The translations under genes were made by a program, and so were the position numbers. Under the pieces are notes generated by a model. That model saw nothing but the letters and a program-made list of their open reading frames with translations, was not told the origin of the DNA and searched no databases. Of a DNA stretch of 64,000 nucleotides, positions 38,093 to 53,000 are shown in pieces; within the stretch, counting starts at the first letter, position 1; each line of letters starts with the position of its first letter. Source of the DNA: Raillietiella orientalis. Lineage: Eukaryota. The stretch is from positions 620,001 to 684,000 of the forward strand of contig JAYWIR010000015.1 of NCBI GenBank assembly GCA_036172245.1, written 5' to 3'.

Positions 38093-41000
38093 CTATGGGA
38101 AAGAGAAAGCCTATCAGTGCTTGCACGGCTGGAGACTCCTTCAGGGAAGCACTGAAAGTGACATTACCTTGAGTTTGTCTAAGTATTCCTTTAGGTTTTG
38201 GAACAGCTACGAGCATGAAAGACACGAAACAGAAAATTTCATTGAGGGCTTGTGGGGGGCGTCGGGCGCTCGCGTCGCAGCAAAGCGATCCCGCGCGCGG
38301 ACAGTCCCGGGTAGCGAGCCGCCGCTGAGGCGACCCAGGGCTACACGCGGAGACGTCGCGTCTCCTCCCTCGCTGGCCCGAGCTGAGCCCAGGAGGGATA
38401 GGCGGCTGGGTGGAACGGGGTGTCCGGACGCTGCGGGGATGCGGACCCGCCTACCCCCTCGGGAAGTCTCCGCGAGAAGACACGGGGCCCTGGCGACCTC
38501 CCCCGCGAGGCGCAATCGCGCCCGCCTCCAGCTCCACACCGCACACCGCCGCTGCGTGCCCGCTGCCTGGAACGCCAGCCTCAACTTTTCCTCTCTTCCC
38601 CCCACCGCTTGGCGAGGCGACGCTGAGTCCGAGGAAAGGGGACGCTTCGAACCGGGGATCAAGCCGGGAGAGAGCCGACGTGCATTCACGTGGAGGCACA
38701 GTTCGGGAACTCTACCATGCGGGTTGAAAGAGGACGTAGGGCAGAACCCCTGTCGTCCCCCCGAGAGATGAGCGGGAGACCCCTCTTCATGCGAATCGAA
38801 AGCGCGAGACATATTCATGGTCATCAGGAGGACGTGAAAGCGTCACGCGTGATCCGTGGAAGCCGGAACGTGTATGCAGGAGCAGGAGCAGTGGGGCATC
38901 ATTATTGGGGGTTGGGTGAAGAGGAGTGAAGGGACGTAGGATCAGAAGTAGGGGAGCACGAGTGAGATGATGGCAATAGGAGTAGGTAGACACAATAAAG
39001 AATGGAAATTCCCGCCGCCGGCATCCCCAACGAGCTGTCCAGAGGATAGCCTGCGTCTCTATTGCCGAATCTTTCCCCAGTTAGGGAGGGAGAGGGAGAA
39101 GGGAGAGGGGGGAAGGCCGGCCGCCTCCCTATCAGGAGAGAGCGCCCGAATACGTGAGCCTCTGGTCCGAGAGGTGGAGGCCGAGCAGCCTACTATGTGC
39201 CTCCCCCCTTCCCCCTTCAGTGCATACCGTTGCTCCTGGTTGTGCCCTTTTCCCCATCCTCTCATTCCCTCCGTCCCCGTGCCGCCTGCCGCGCTATCTC
39301 TCTGTCCTTGCAGACGCGCAAGATCCATCTAGCGTGCGTTCTCGGGACAAATCCTTGAATGCTGCAGTGACTCGCGCACACGAGTCCCATTGATTGCGTC
39401 TCCGGAGGACGCTACGTCCCCCCCGCAAAAGGGACGAGGGGGGATGGAGACGGGAGAAGAGGGAGTGGAACTTCAGGATCCATCGTTGCACTGCCGGTCC
39501 TCTCCTCGCCAAGAGTTCCCCTCAGAGGAGGTGCCACGTGCTCTCGAAGGGACGAGTTAGCCCACGTAACGGTTCTGCGACACGCGTCCGTCTTCCACTT
39601 CCCCTCCCTCGCCTCACTCCTCCCCCGCACCGCGAGATCCACGACGGAGACGTCGCAGACGCTGCGCCGCCGCCTCTAGGAGAGGCAGTAGCGTCGTGCA
39701 GTCTTCTGCTGCTGCTGCTGCGTTAGCGGATCGAACGAGTGCGCCGCGCGGAATCTCTCGGCGCGCTACGGGTGCGGGGGATCTCAGGAAGGCGTCCCTT
39801 CTTTCCCTTCCCTCCTCCCCTGTTTCCTTTCGCTCTCCTGTAGACCGAGGGTCTTTCCCCCCGGAAGACTCTCCCAAGTCCCCCTTCCCTTTTCCTTCGC
39901 ACTCCCCTTCTTCCCTTTTCCCCACTCTCCTCGTCCTCTGGATAGCTCCTTCGGGAGTTCCGGGGCTACTCCCAGCCTGCACGCTTCCTTCCTCCCTCCT
40001 CGCTGCTTTCCGCGACGCGCGAGCCTTCTCTCGGAGCACGCGCGAAGCATCAGCGGCAGCCACGGTCTCCACGCCGCTGCCGCTTCCAGTTGGTTGCAGC
40101 CAGATGCTCAAGCGCCTATCCTCACTCCTCAGCATCACCTGAGCGCTGGCGGCACGCAGCAGTCATCACTCGTGCTCGTGAAGAGCTCTGAGACCTCGGC
40201 GAGCTAGCTGCCTAGCTGCTGCTCTGGGAGCCTCTGACACCGCTCCTCCTACAGGAAACCGCTCGTCCTCCTGGAGGTGCCTTTCCACCTGGACGTTAAA
40301 AGGGAGTTCCCAGGATACCACTCGCGTGCAGAGGGCACTGGATAACAGCTCGCGCTGAGGAGAGAAACGCTCGGCTGCCACTTTCTAGGGGGCGATAAGT
40401 CGTCGTTGCAGTGTTAGGGACCACGTTCAGTCCATTGCTGACGCCAGTGGCTCCATTCGTACACGAAGCCAAGTGTCAGAGAACCCGCCTGTCCCTGATG
40501 AATGGCGAAGATCGAAGAGGCCAATGCTGGCGTTGAGAGGTTCGGTTTCGGCTTCCGCTGAATCCTCGAAGGTCTTCCGATGAGGACGATCAGCACCTCC
40601 AGCTCGCGAAAGGCGAGCGCCACCCAAGCCGCCATTTCACGGAGGGGCAAACCTGGTAGCGCAGCTTTTCCCCGGAAATCGAAAAGACGCGTCCGCGACG
40701 GGGCGGCAAACGGACGGACGAAGCGGAATCCCTGCAGCCCTGCCGAGGGGCGGACGAAAGTTCGAGGCGGACACACGACCTCCGGGTGACTCCTCCCTGG
40801 CTGCACGGAGCGGAAGCGAGGTCCGTTCGCGGGCGGATGATGTTATGGGCGCTTCGTGGCTTTGGAGACCGACGACCGTCGCCATCGCGAAAGGCTCAAT
40901 GCTCTTTGTGGTGGAAGTAGTAGCGTTGTAATGGTCAGACGGAAAGTCGGCTCATGACTGTGCTCTGACTCATCATCGTGTAGTCGCTGATCTCAACGTC

Positions 41001-44000
41001 TCGCCTCATCTTCGGTCTTCGGCTCAGCATCTGTCTGCTGGCCGCTCATCTTGCCGCCGCTCATCGCTGTACCTACTGACGATCGTTGTGTCGCTGAGGC
41101 ATATTTGGTCGGGTCTCCGCCTCGTCTTGTTGTCTTTGGCTGATTATCGTGACGTCAGCTGATCTTCGTGTCGTTCCGTCATCACGGAAACGTCGGCTAA
41201 ACTCCGTGTCGACGTCTCATTATTGCATCAGTCAGCTCACCTCCGTGATCATCGTGTCGTCGGCGCATCTTTGTAGTGGTGGAGGTCGCGCAAGAAGCTC
41301 TGGGTTCCTCCCGAAGGGCCCGGTGAACTCGGCAAGAAAGGAGTTATGGGAGGGGGAGGATGGGGAGGAGGCAGTCGAATCAGAGAGTATCGAGTGATGG
41401 GAGACGGATATGACATCGACAGTATAAATCCTGTTTGTGGTGGTAACATATCCATGCTATCCATGTGGTGGTAGCATGGATATGTTACCACTACAAACAG
41501 GGACAAAGTGCTTCGTGATCAGCGTGCCGACTGACGGGAATTGGGTATTCATCCGGTGCTGACCTTTTGCCTCCGCATGGAGCAATGAAAAAAAAAGGAA
41601 AAAATAAAACGTGCAATGAGATCCGCGACTGCAACTGGAGAGGCTTTTTCTTCTCCCAAAGATGCTATCAAAGCAGGAAGGGATGTGCCTGGTGCCTGGT
41701 AACGAGCGGAAGTCGGGCCTTGGAGAGGCTCTTTCAGACGTCGAACATTTTGGGGGAACGCGAAGCAGCGGATCCTAAGCAGGCAACTGGAATCGGGACC
41801 CGAGGCAAAAGGAGACCGAAGGCGTGCAAATCCACATGCAGTCCCTTCGTTTCACCCTCCCACCTTCATCTCGACACCACCCTGCGGAGATCTTCCGCCG
41901 GCGATCCACAGTGCCCACTTTGGAGTCTGCTCGGAGGAACGCTCCTCCGACACCCCGCGTCCCGCGAACCACGGTAGAGATGATGATGATCTTCGGAGCG
42001 AATTATCTGGATCGGGAGTTATGATGGGATGCGCCGGATGCTTTTCAAGAGGCCAGCGAATGCCGAGGACGCGAGATCTGGGGAACGCAGAGGTGCAGAC
42101 TACGCCGGAGGTTGGATGCGGGACAGTCCTGCACCGCAGGAGCTGCATCCGGATCATCTGCAGGCCACTTAAGGGCAAACTGAAGAAGGGAAGGGAGAAA
42201 GGAAAGGGGCACTAACCATTTACGGGAAGACCGGAAAAACGGGAAGCTGAGGTACTGAGCCTCACGAAAAGGCACTGCAGGTGCGAGCTGCATCTTACAC
42301 GGCCATCCTATCGACTCGGTCGCCTGACGAACGCTCCGCGAGGCGCAAGCTGCAGCGACATCTGTCTGAAGTACCCTCGAGAGACAGCTCCTCCGTCCCG
42401 ATGATGATGGATAACGAGGCGAAGTCCTCTTATAGAGGCTGGTGATCTTCAACTTGACAGACCCGGCAGAGCAAGCACGAGAGAGAAGACGAAAAAAAGT
42501 CTCCCTCCCTCCGTCCGTCTTCTCGTCAAAAAGGTCCGTTGACCTTCCCCGTCTTCCTTGCTTGCCCTACAGGTGGCGAAAAGAAGGTGGCGTCCTCTAT
42601 CGTCAGCACTTGCTCCAAAACTCTTGGGGGCATTTGGTCCATCCGCACCATGACCGCACAGCGACCAGCTGGGGATGACGGGAGGGGAATTCTCCGCGTC
42701 CGCTCGAAGCGACCCCGCCGGAAGCTCGAGAACGGTGGGGTTCGATGGCCTCCTTTCTTTACGAAGCCAAAGACCCCGGAAGAAGAAAGGTGAGGGACTG
42801 GTGTGACCTAGGGGACTCCGGGATGAGTCGACCACCCTTCGTTCCCTTCTGGCGGAGTGTGGGTCGTGGAAGCCGCCGCTTCTCCCACGCCCGTTGTGCC
42901 CTTCCACAGGGCTGCCCCAGTTTTCAGTCAGACTCCGGACGCGAGTCAGTGCCACCCTCCTCACCCAGAACTCCTCTCTTTCCTCTCGTTTTTCGCGACG
43001 GCAACCTCGGGCAGTTTTTGATGCACGCCTACAGCAGCGTACACAGCGGGAAACGGCGCAACCTTTCGGCGCATCAGGCACCACAGCCGAGACCGCAACA
43101 ACACGCTGCGCTCTCGGAGAATCAGCGTCCTTGTGACTGACGGTTCGTCCAGTGAGGATGCCTCCCGGCCTGCAAGGGAGTTCCCTCCCTTCTGGGACCG
43201 GGAACTCTTCTTCCCTCTCCTTCGCGAGGATCCACGCCGAACAACCGTCTCTCGCGGCCACCGAAGCCGTGGCCACCGACCGCACGGAGTTCTCAGCCAT
43301 GGAGCACTCCATACAGTGCCTCGCACTCCGCGACACGCGTACGCACGCGTTCTTCCGCTCCCTCCCCCCTCTCTACCCACTAGCATCGGAGTCGACTCGA
43401 TCCGGGTCCGTCCACGGGATCGATCCGGGACGTGCAAGTCGGCCAGGCTCTCCTGAACCCCTTAAGCAACAAGCGACCCTCAAGCGAGTTCCCGGCGGTG
43501 TGGCAGGGCGCGCGCGTTCCAAGAACACCTACCTTTCCGGGGGTGTACCACCCTCCCATGCTCAGCGAGACAACCAAAAGGAACAGCAGGGCCTGCGAGA
43601 TCGGCAGCTGGATGATGGATGCTTTCAGTATTTTCAGAGCCTTCCTGGAAACGAGAGTTGAGAATGAGAAGGGGCATCATCCAAGTCGGCACGCCGTCGG
43701 GGGAAGGGCCGAGAGGGCATAGGCGAAAGTATCAAGTACCTCGGGAGGGTCCGATCGCTGCTCGAGGAGGAAGGGAAGAGGAGGAAGAAGATGGGATAAA
43801 GAAGAAAAGAAAGGGAGGAATGGCTATGGTGGCGGAAGGCGTTGCAAAACGCGGACTCTGAAAGCGTATTTCTTCCTCTTTCCTCATTCTCAGGGTCAAG
43901 AAATGATCAAAGCGGAAGAAGCCCTGAGTTTTCAAGGTTTGCTTCGTCGATAGAAGTCAGTGTGTTAGTTCTTTCGCTAGCACATGCATCCCCGAGCGCT

Positions 44001-47000
44001 CTCTTGTCTCTGCGAAAACCAAACGGTCTTCTCCAGCCCAAGAGTCTCGCTCCGCAACCCCGTTTCAGATGATCCGCAACCCATGTGTTACCCTCGTTTG
44101 CTTCGATCCGTTAGAATTCTAGGGGGACGCCCCTTAGAATGTCCTCGCGTGCAGGACGAGCCATTCTCGAGTCGTCTGTATCTGAAAAATCGGGAAACGG
44201 TGATAATCTGCGATTTCCTTCCTCCGTTATACGCGCCTGGAATGCGTGCCATCCACAGGTCTGCGGGCGATCCTACCGAAAGGGCGCGTACGTACCTCCC
44301 ACTTCGCGACAAGCGTTTCATGGCGAAGATGCTGAATCTAGCGGATGAGCGATCCTACCTGAATGGATGGATTCAAATATTTCGCTGATGATTCAGAGAC
44401 GAATATTCCAATGCTTCTATAAGGAGAAAAAAGAAAAAAAAAGAAAATCTGTGATGGAGGATGACCCATCTTCACTCCTTGAGCTCATGTTTACCCTTCA
44501 CATGAAAGCCTGCGTGCCCTCGGAGTCTCATCTTATCACCATCTTCTTCACTCGAATGATGGTAGAAATTGAAATTTCCTTTCCTTGAGAGACTTCCGTC
44601 AGACATTTGATGTTCACATCAGGTGGATTTTCATTCCGTTCTTACTCTGCCTAGCGTGCGAGCAGGTGCGTGGTCGTGGAAAGCCTCCTGAGAAGATCTG
44701 CCTTCGTCTGCTTTCATCACACTGTCAGGTTCTCTTGCAATCTACTCCGCTTCCAACGGGAGCCGACAGGCACAAATGTTCTCGTACTGCGTCCTCCGCA
44801 TTAGGAGACTGCTTTTTGACCGATTGACCATTCTTGTTACACAATCCTCTTTGATTTCCCGGAGACATTCCCATGGCTAGGCGCGGTTCGCTTGCAGTCA
44901 GGACCTCCTCACTATTTGTGCTTCCGAGAGCGCACCCAACAACGAGCGTTTTCTTGTAACCTCCTAAACCAACTGGAGCTTGGAGTTTCTGCGGATGTGC
45001 ACACTTTGGCTCCGAGATCTCCTCCTAGCAAAAACGCCCCAGGCGTATCTCTGCGATCTTTAAGGAAAAGATAGATTTCTTGCTTCTCCCGAGTCGAGCA
45101 GCAAGAAAACTCGAGGTCGGTAAGCTTCCTCGTCTGTTCCCACTTCTGTGCAGAGCTCCACGAAAGCGCCGGTAGGAGTCGCGGCTCCAGATTTATCCAG
45201 AAGTATCCACGAGAACCTCCGTTTCAGCCGGCGGCCTGCGGTGTCCCGAAAGTCTCTCTCAAAATGGTGCGTCTGATCGCAGCTGCGTGGGCTCTACGAG
45301 ACGAAGCAGCGCTCAAGGTCATTCTGCGGAAAGTTCTGCACCTCAGGTGTTGCCGGCAGCAGACGGAGATGCTCAGAGCTTCACGAGTTGCTGCGAGCTC
45401 CATCCTGCTCCCTGAGTCGTGGTGAGCGTTTGTGAGGACGCAAGGAAGCGAGGGCAGCACGCTCCCTCCGAAATGAATGTGTCTCTCGAAGATGGAAAAA
45501 GCACGTAGGAGGAGAAGGGTAAGGGTAAGGGTGGAAACCAGTTTCGTGAAATTTCATGCCCTCTCCAGCGAGTATCCCCCTTACACCGCCTCCTAGTTCG
45601 GTCTTCTTCTGGGTCGGATCCCGTGCAAAGAAAGGGAAGATCCTGGAGCTCTTTCGTTGAAAAATCCGAGACCGCAGAATACCCGAGAAAAGTTCGCGAG
45701 GAGGCAGGCGAGTGACCCACTCGATGTGCTAGTGACCACCGTTGTGTCACCACGGAAACCATCAGGGGCTCACGGGTCACCGTGCGCGAATACGTTTGTC
45801 GCCTTCACATGCATGCGTATGGCTCATATGTGTATTTGATGAAGGTTAGCGGGAGCGATCGGGAGCTGAAGAGCGGAGGAAAGTTTACTCTCAAACCCCC
45901 GCAATTAACGGAACCATTCCTGCCTACCGAGAAATGGCCCTATGGGAGAAAATTCGATCGGAATCTACTGTGCATGCCTCGAGGACCATTTCAGGGCATG
46001 ATTTTCCGTCTGTTGGTCTTCCGAGTCCGATACGAGATTCGAAGGCTGCAGCAAGCAGCAGCGCTTCACTCCCGTCGTTGACTGTGGTTCCAGAAGACTG
46101 CCGCGAACATCTTTGTGAGATGTGGACGTGAGGTGTGCCCTCGTAGGTGCCTGCTTTCCCAGCATGTCATGCCCTGACCTGCTAATCGCCATCCCACAAG
46201 GTGGTTTCCTTCATTCCCATCCTCATCGTGCTGAGACGCTCAGTCGGCAGCTGGGATGTCAGAAAAAGGAGCCTTGCGTGGGAGAATCGACCTGAATTCC
46301 TACCCTCCCCCTTCCCTCCCCGCTGGGGAGGTTCCCGTTAGACTTTGAAACACTCCCTTTGTCGAGGAATCGCGACAGAGGAACGTTCACTTCTGGGCTC
46401 GCTTATCGTTAGTTTTTTCCACAAGAGAAGGATCGAGAATACCGCCGGTCCCTTCGATGTTCCCCGGGACTGTTCTAAAGGTCGCAAGAATGGCCTTTCC
46501 CTTTAGAGTCAGCTCCCCTCCGGTACTCTTCGCGAGCGGTCTCGCTAACCCCGGCATGAGGAAGCCGCAGTCTCGTTTCGGAGTCGAAGCTCTCACGCCA
46601 ATGCATCAGTGAGGTGCAGCAACCAGGGTGGATCCAGGCCGGGGATGAAGGAAGCGCTAACCACGGAGGAAATGGTACCCATCTCTACTTTTTGAAACGC
46701 AGAAAGATACCATCAGCAATCTTTCCTTTGATGGCCTCGTTCGGAGGGTCACCCCGGACGATTAGAGAAGCCAAAACGAAGGGCCACTCCCGTTCTTTTT
46801 CAGGCGTCATCCTCTCCCTCCAGGGAGGGAGGAAGGATGCTTAACCAAGACCAGCGATTTTTTTTGTTCGCATGGATCTGCAGGACCGGTTCCATTCGCA
46901 AGCGAGTGCTGAGCGCTGCTGCAGGCTCAGTAGACGGCCCTCTTGACGGAGTCGAGGGAAAGAAGCGGAAAGTGGACAGTGACTTCTGATTTCCGAGATC

Positions 47001-50000
47001 CCTGCGCGTGCGAAGGGATCTCGAAAAGAGACAAAGGAAAAGATGGAAGCGAGGAGGAGGGCTGTTCCAAGGCTCTCTCTCTCTCTCTCTCTGGACTCTC
47101 AAGACTCGCCTCACCTGGGCTCATTTTCATTCTTGCAGCTCAAGGACACTACCGAGGCCATCTGACGTTCGTTCGCTCTTGCAGCCGGCTCGCCACGAGG
47201 AGCTACTCCCGATCGCAACACGGCACACCACTCCGCTCACTTCGCCATCCTCCGTCAATCCCTCCATGCAACTGCGATTGCGCGGACTACGGACCGTCGC
47301 ACGAATTGGCTCTGCTCAAGAGACGGCCACCGAGAAGGAATTTCAGAGGATGCCGACTTCTTCCTCTTTCTCCCTTCTAGAGGAGAATTCGGAACTTGCG
47401 GGATAGTTTGGGTGGTTCTCTTGCACGCAGGGGCATGCGAGAACGTGCGTGCGTGTGGTGTTCACGTTGCCGGTCTACCCGCTCCTTCCCTCAGGGCACG
47501 TGGTAGCATGACTTCTGTGGCCGCATGCCTTCTCTCCCCTCGTCACAGGAACCTTCCGGGCGCCGTTTGAGTAGCGGCGAGCAGATTCGTCTGGGGTTTT
47601 GTGCTCTCGAGACACGACCCCCGGGGCAGTGATGGAGGAGGAGCAGGATGAAAAAGAGAAAGGGAGCAGCTCACAGGTTGATCTTCCTGCCAGCTCTTCC
47701 CGGATTTCTTGAACTGCTTCCTGCAAAAATGAGGATTTTGCAGCCACCATAGAAGCTCCACTAAAGCAACAGCAGACGCTTTCGTCGCTGCTGAGTTTAT
47801 TTTGTGCTCCTTCGACTCCCTCTCACTTCCTCCGGGATCGGATTCGACTGGTGTTGCTTAATGCACGCACGAGCGTCTGGAGATGTGCGCATGCGACCAC
47901 ATGATGCGGTTTTCCTCCTGCCGCACGGGGTGCCACTGAGACACGGGTAGGTCTGCCACAACCAATCGCATGGCAGGGATGAGGAATAGGAGGAAGGGAG
48001 GAAGAGGTTCAAAGAGGGGTGTTTATCCTGTTCCCCACATCCCACCCCACCATTCAGTGGAAGAGGAGAGTTTCCAGAACCTTCAGCAGGAATGGGATCT
48101 GCGTAGACTCCTCTTTTCTGACCTCGTCTCGTTTGAGTTTGGCTGCGTCGCTTTGGAGACTCCTGCCCGTGCCAGGTCCGTTGACCCCCAACCCAGCTTC
48201 TCCTCGCTTCCCTGAGGCAGGAAACGAAACGGGGTGTGACAGCGAGTTGAACAGGGACGCTGAGGAATAGTCTGGTCCGGGGATTCCCACGGGCGATCCC
48301 GCTCGGGCGAGTGGGCGAACAAGCTCAGAAAGCGCCTTTAGTCCCGACAGCTTCTGGCGGTCCGCAGGAGACTTTCAGAGTTCGCGCTCTCGAGGAGCGC
48401 TTCCTTCTTCCCGCTGATGACGTTCCTTCTTCCGCCTTTGGGCCACTCTCCGCCTTCTCTCCTTTTCGATTCCTAAGGAACGCATCTCAAGGATCTTCGT
48501 AGCACTTGCCAGACTCTTCCGGGGCTGATCGGGGGCGATCGTTTCTTAGGTCGGTCGCCCGCTGCCATACTCCTGCGGGAACCTCCTTGCCGGGAAACCT
48601 CCCTGAAGGGAGGGTCCAGCTGCGCTTTCGTTCTTTCGAGTACCTGCAGCTGAGGTTCTCTCCTCTTCCCCGAGGTGGCGCACGCAAACCGCGGACTTTG
48701 AGTCTCTTTCCATCTCCAGTGGTCCCTCGGGGTCATTTCGCTCCCGCGCTTTCTCGGGGGGAACGTCGCGGACACTGAGGACCAGGACCTTCTTGCAAAG
48801 ACAGAAAGAGAGGGAAGGGAATGAAACAAGATCTGCGGCTGGGAAGAGGGACAAGCGATCCCAACTACCTTCCCTTCTGGACGCTCCTATGGGGAAGGCA
48901 CTCGACAACGGAGACTGCGCCCTCGAGAAGAAACCGAGGTCGTTGAAGGAGAGGAAGAGGAAGGCTAAAAGGGAATGGGGAAGGCCGACGTAAAGAGCGG
49001 CTGGGACGAGAGGAAGGCAGCAGAACATGGAGCTGTTGGGAGCTGTGGAGGGAACTACGGAACGCCAGGAGTCCCACTTTTTGAGGGGAAGTGAGAAGCG
49101 CCAGGGCAGTCGCCCCCGGGGCGCCGGAAGGGTGACCCAATGACGGTGATCCCAGATGCACTCCACTGATCCTGCTCGAGAGATGCCAAGAAGGACTCCG
49201 AGTCCTACTGGTTTCCTTCTGGAGAAGCGTGCACGCCCCCAGCCGGCGCGAAGGGGAATGTTTCCGGGGAAGCTGCTTCCCGCGAAACCCGGGCTTCGAC
49301 CCGTGAGATCGGTGCTTCGTCATCTCTTGCTTTGCACCGATCCAAAGGCGGCCAGAAGGTCGTTTCCATGGCAAAAGGTCCGACTGCATCCATGTTTCGG
49401 ATCGGGGTGCTCGAAGCTACCTTCTTTACGAGACAGGACACCCTTCTTACCCAAGGGGGGTAGGAGAACTACACTGGCAGATCCACGCCCAGCTGGAGGC
49501 TGCAAGTAGGGAAGATTCCCGGAAGAGTGCCAGTTGAGGCGGGGGCAGCAGAAGGAGGAGATTCGGTCATCGGAGGAGGACGAGTGCACAAGGCAGCTGC
49601 TTCGACAAGCGAACCGCCATCGTCATTTGTGCACGATGGAAGTGGTGTTGGCGGCACCACCACCACCACAACCACCATCCCCACCCTACGTGCAAAAGAG
49701 GTGTTCCAGCTGTTCTTACTTCCAGGAAGACTTCAGGCCACGGTCATCCGGCAACTGTTATCCTTCCTCGCAAGCAAACTTTGGAGCGGGTCCTGTCTGA
49801 GACACCATGCCGAGGTCTTTAGCTCACGGCAGGTGCGGTCACCTCTGATGCTCGGGGGCAGGTCTTCTGGTTTCTCTTTCCATTTTTCTCCCTCCATCTC
49901 ACACCCCCAGGAGACAGGACACGGAAGAAGTTGCTGACTTTCCACCGTCCAAACTCGGCGGTCATACCGTGAGAGAAGACCATCGACGAATCACGGAAAC

Positions 50001-53000
50001 CTACGCTAGGTCCACCGCTAATCCCAGTGGCCACTCCAGACGCAAACGACGGATCCGGTCGTAACCCTTTCTTGCCGGAGTCTCTTTCTCGCTGGCTTTA
50101 AATTTGCCGAGTCGGAAGAAGGAGGTCATGAGAAGGAGGTCGGTGGACCTTTCTGAACCAGGCCTGGGGTAGCCCGTGTCAAGAGAACCACCCAGAAAAA
50201 TAGGGAGCTGATGGTCTCTTATCAGCTATAATGAGAGTTTGTGGGGTCACCAGAGTCACCATTCCATCCCTGGGATGAACTTCGAGCTCCGGACAGACCT
50301 GGTGCTGCGAAGAAAAGAACGAGCAATGATGGCGGATAACTTTCGAACTCAGCAACAATCCCAAGGCAACGGGAGGAGAGCGATTCTCCGGGATTGGCTG
50401 TCCTGCCTTCATGAGATCAGTGCGCCGGTCGCGAGTTCCCCAGGAGTCATAAGAACCAAAGAAACGGAAGGATCTGAAATCCCTAGGAGCACATTAGGGA
50501 AGAGCTGGTGTGCTCCAACCTCGGGATTTGTGCTGTTAGCAGCGGTTGGTCCACCGGCCGCGATGCAGCCACGTCCAAGAGAATCACAGCCTATTCCCGA
50601 GAATGGGATAGACGGACGACAGCTGACTCAGGAAATGGTGGACAACCTTTTGAGCATTTGCTCCTCCTTTAGACTTTTCCGACAGCAACGCCTCCCTTTG
50701 ACGTCATCCGAAGAAACGACGCTTTCTTCGAACGAGCATCAAAAGTCCAAGGAAGCAAAAGTCTGGAGCTCGAGCAACGGTTGGAGCGCTGTGGAATGAA
50801 GGATCCTGAATTGTATAAAGTTTGGGATTATCCTCCAGGAATCTTTTGAAGGGGGAGTCGCCTGCACCACTCTTGGAGATATGAAACAGACGCGGTTCGA
50901 GAACGAAGCATGCAGAGAAAGACGATGAGGACCACTGAAGCAGGTCATCGAAACTGATCTACAGGAGCAACAAGGGCATTCTGTGAGTCAGCAGCTCCTC
51001 GATCACGGGAGAAGACGTGGCAGACATCATGCCAGATCGACGCAGAAGAAACTGGGTTTTGATAATTTTCCAACACGAAAATAAAACATTTCGCAGAGGA
51101 ATCCAATCCAGATAGCAACAGATCAGATGGGAACTTTACGACTTGAAGTGGAATTTCCCAAATGTTCCTCAGTTCCCCCCCCCCCCTTCCCCCTCTTTCC
51201 TTCAGAAAAGATGAGAAATCCCATTCCCGTCGTTGCTTTTGCATTGTCCGTTGTATTCTCGTTGCAGCCAAGCTCTTTCCCGTTCGAGAGCTGCGGTGTT
51301 TTCTTTCCTGGATGCCTGAAGACTTCTTCTTCGAAACGCTTTTCTCTTTCCGCGGGAACTTCCCTGGGTTGCACGCCGTGAGCCGCCGTGATCCTCGCTC
51401 ACACTCTCGAAAGGACTGTTGAAAATCCACCTGACGAAAGCTCTGCCACTGCCAGTCGCAAGAGGGGAAAGCAGCCTCTGGAGTGCCAATACGGGAGAGT
51501 GCTGATGCACAAATTAAAATGTCCCGGCCCCACGGAGAAAGCTTGGGAGAACCCCGAAAGACGTTTTCCATTTCCACGGGACGAGGAACGGGCTTTCGAG
51601 AAATCGTTTTCCACCCTCTTTGCACCGCGCCGCTAATCATCCGGCAGGGGCGACACGTGCGTTCTGCTGAAACGGTTCCACGCTCTCACCAGGCGTTGCT
51701 CTGCCGACAGCCTCCGTGTTTACCGTCCGTCCGATGGAAGCGGCACACGCGCCCTCCTCCGCCGTCCACTCGAACACCTCCAAGCGAGCCGCGCTGTGCA
51801 AACAGAGAAGCGTGGTTTTGGTTTTCCGGAGAAACTCGGGTGGTTTTTCACCTTGCAGGGGTGCGCGCGCGCGCGGCGCCTTGGCAACCGCGTCCGGAGC
51901 GCTCTTGAGCCGGGCGACGCAGCGCGCTGCGGGCATCCCGGCTTGCGAGAGAGCTGCTGCGCTCATCCGACCGACCGCCGTCGGGGATGCCTAATCCCTA
52001 CGCAAATCATGTTTCCGTCGCTGTCCCTGAAGAGTGTGTGTTGCATGCATCGGCTGTCCTCGCCTCCGCCGAAAGTGAAAGCGCGGATGCGAGGATGCAC
52101 GCACTTGAGATCAGAGGCATCACGTGAGGCGGGATTGGCATTGCACTGCGCGGCGGTGTCTTGAAAGGCGAAATGGAAACAAAACGCAAACACGGAGAAG
52201 AATGCCATTCCCAAAACTGGGACGCTGCTCAACGGGATGCACGTGGGAAGGGGCATCTCCGATTCATCCCCTTCGCGGAGCCACCGTATTTTTACCGACT
52301 TTTCCGCTGATCGATACAGAGAGATACGACCGCTGCACGCTGACATTAAATGATCTCTGCGCGCGTGCACAAAGTGTTCCTTTTTTATTCCTCTGTGCTG
52401 TGGACAGCGCCCACAAATCAGGGTGAAAGATGAGATTTCATCCATTCTGCTCTCACTCTTAAGATTGTTTCGTTTCGGGTACACCGATCCGATCGTTTGG
52501 ACCGTGAGTCCTCTCTTTGAGGCTTCCCTGATCAGAGCGGGGAAAAAGGGGGAAGGATGAGAGGGTGTTCGGATAAGTTTTCAAATTCCTTCATCCTTCG
52601 CAAAGATGGGAAAGAACCCGGCAATTTTTCAATCTATTTGTCACGTGTTCAGCTGACCTTTTTTTTTTTTTCTTTTTTTTTTTCAGATGCGCGTTTAGGT
52701 TTCGGTCCTTTGGCTCCCAACAGCTTGTTGGGAAACAAAGGCAGGAAGACCGTCCTTGCATGCTCGCCATTTTTCCCCCAAAGAGTGACAGACAAGGGGA
52801 ACAGCGGACGTGTCGACGAAGCTTCCAATTTTGAATACACGGATGGCGGAGGCAGAATTCTGCAACGGTCCTCACGGAAATCGGGGAAAGCGGGGTGTGG
52901 AGGAGCGAACGGTTCAGCTTCGTGCTCGAGGATCCGTCTCAGGCGGCGCCGGTTTTAAAATACATTAAGGCCAGAAATAAGAGAAAGCTCGCAGCGCATC

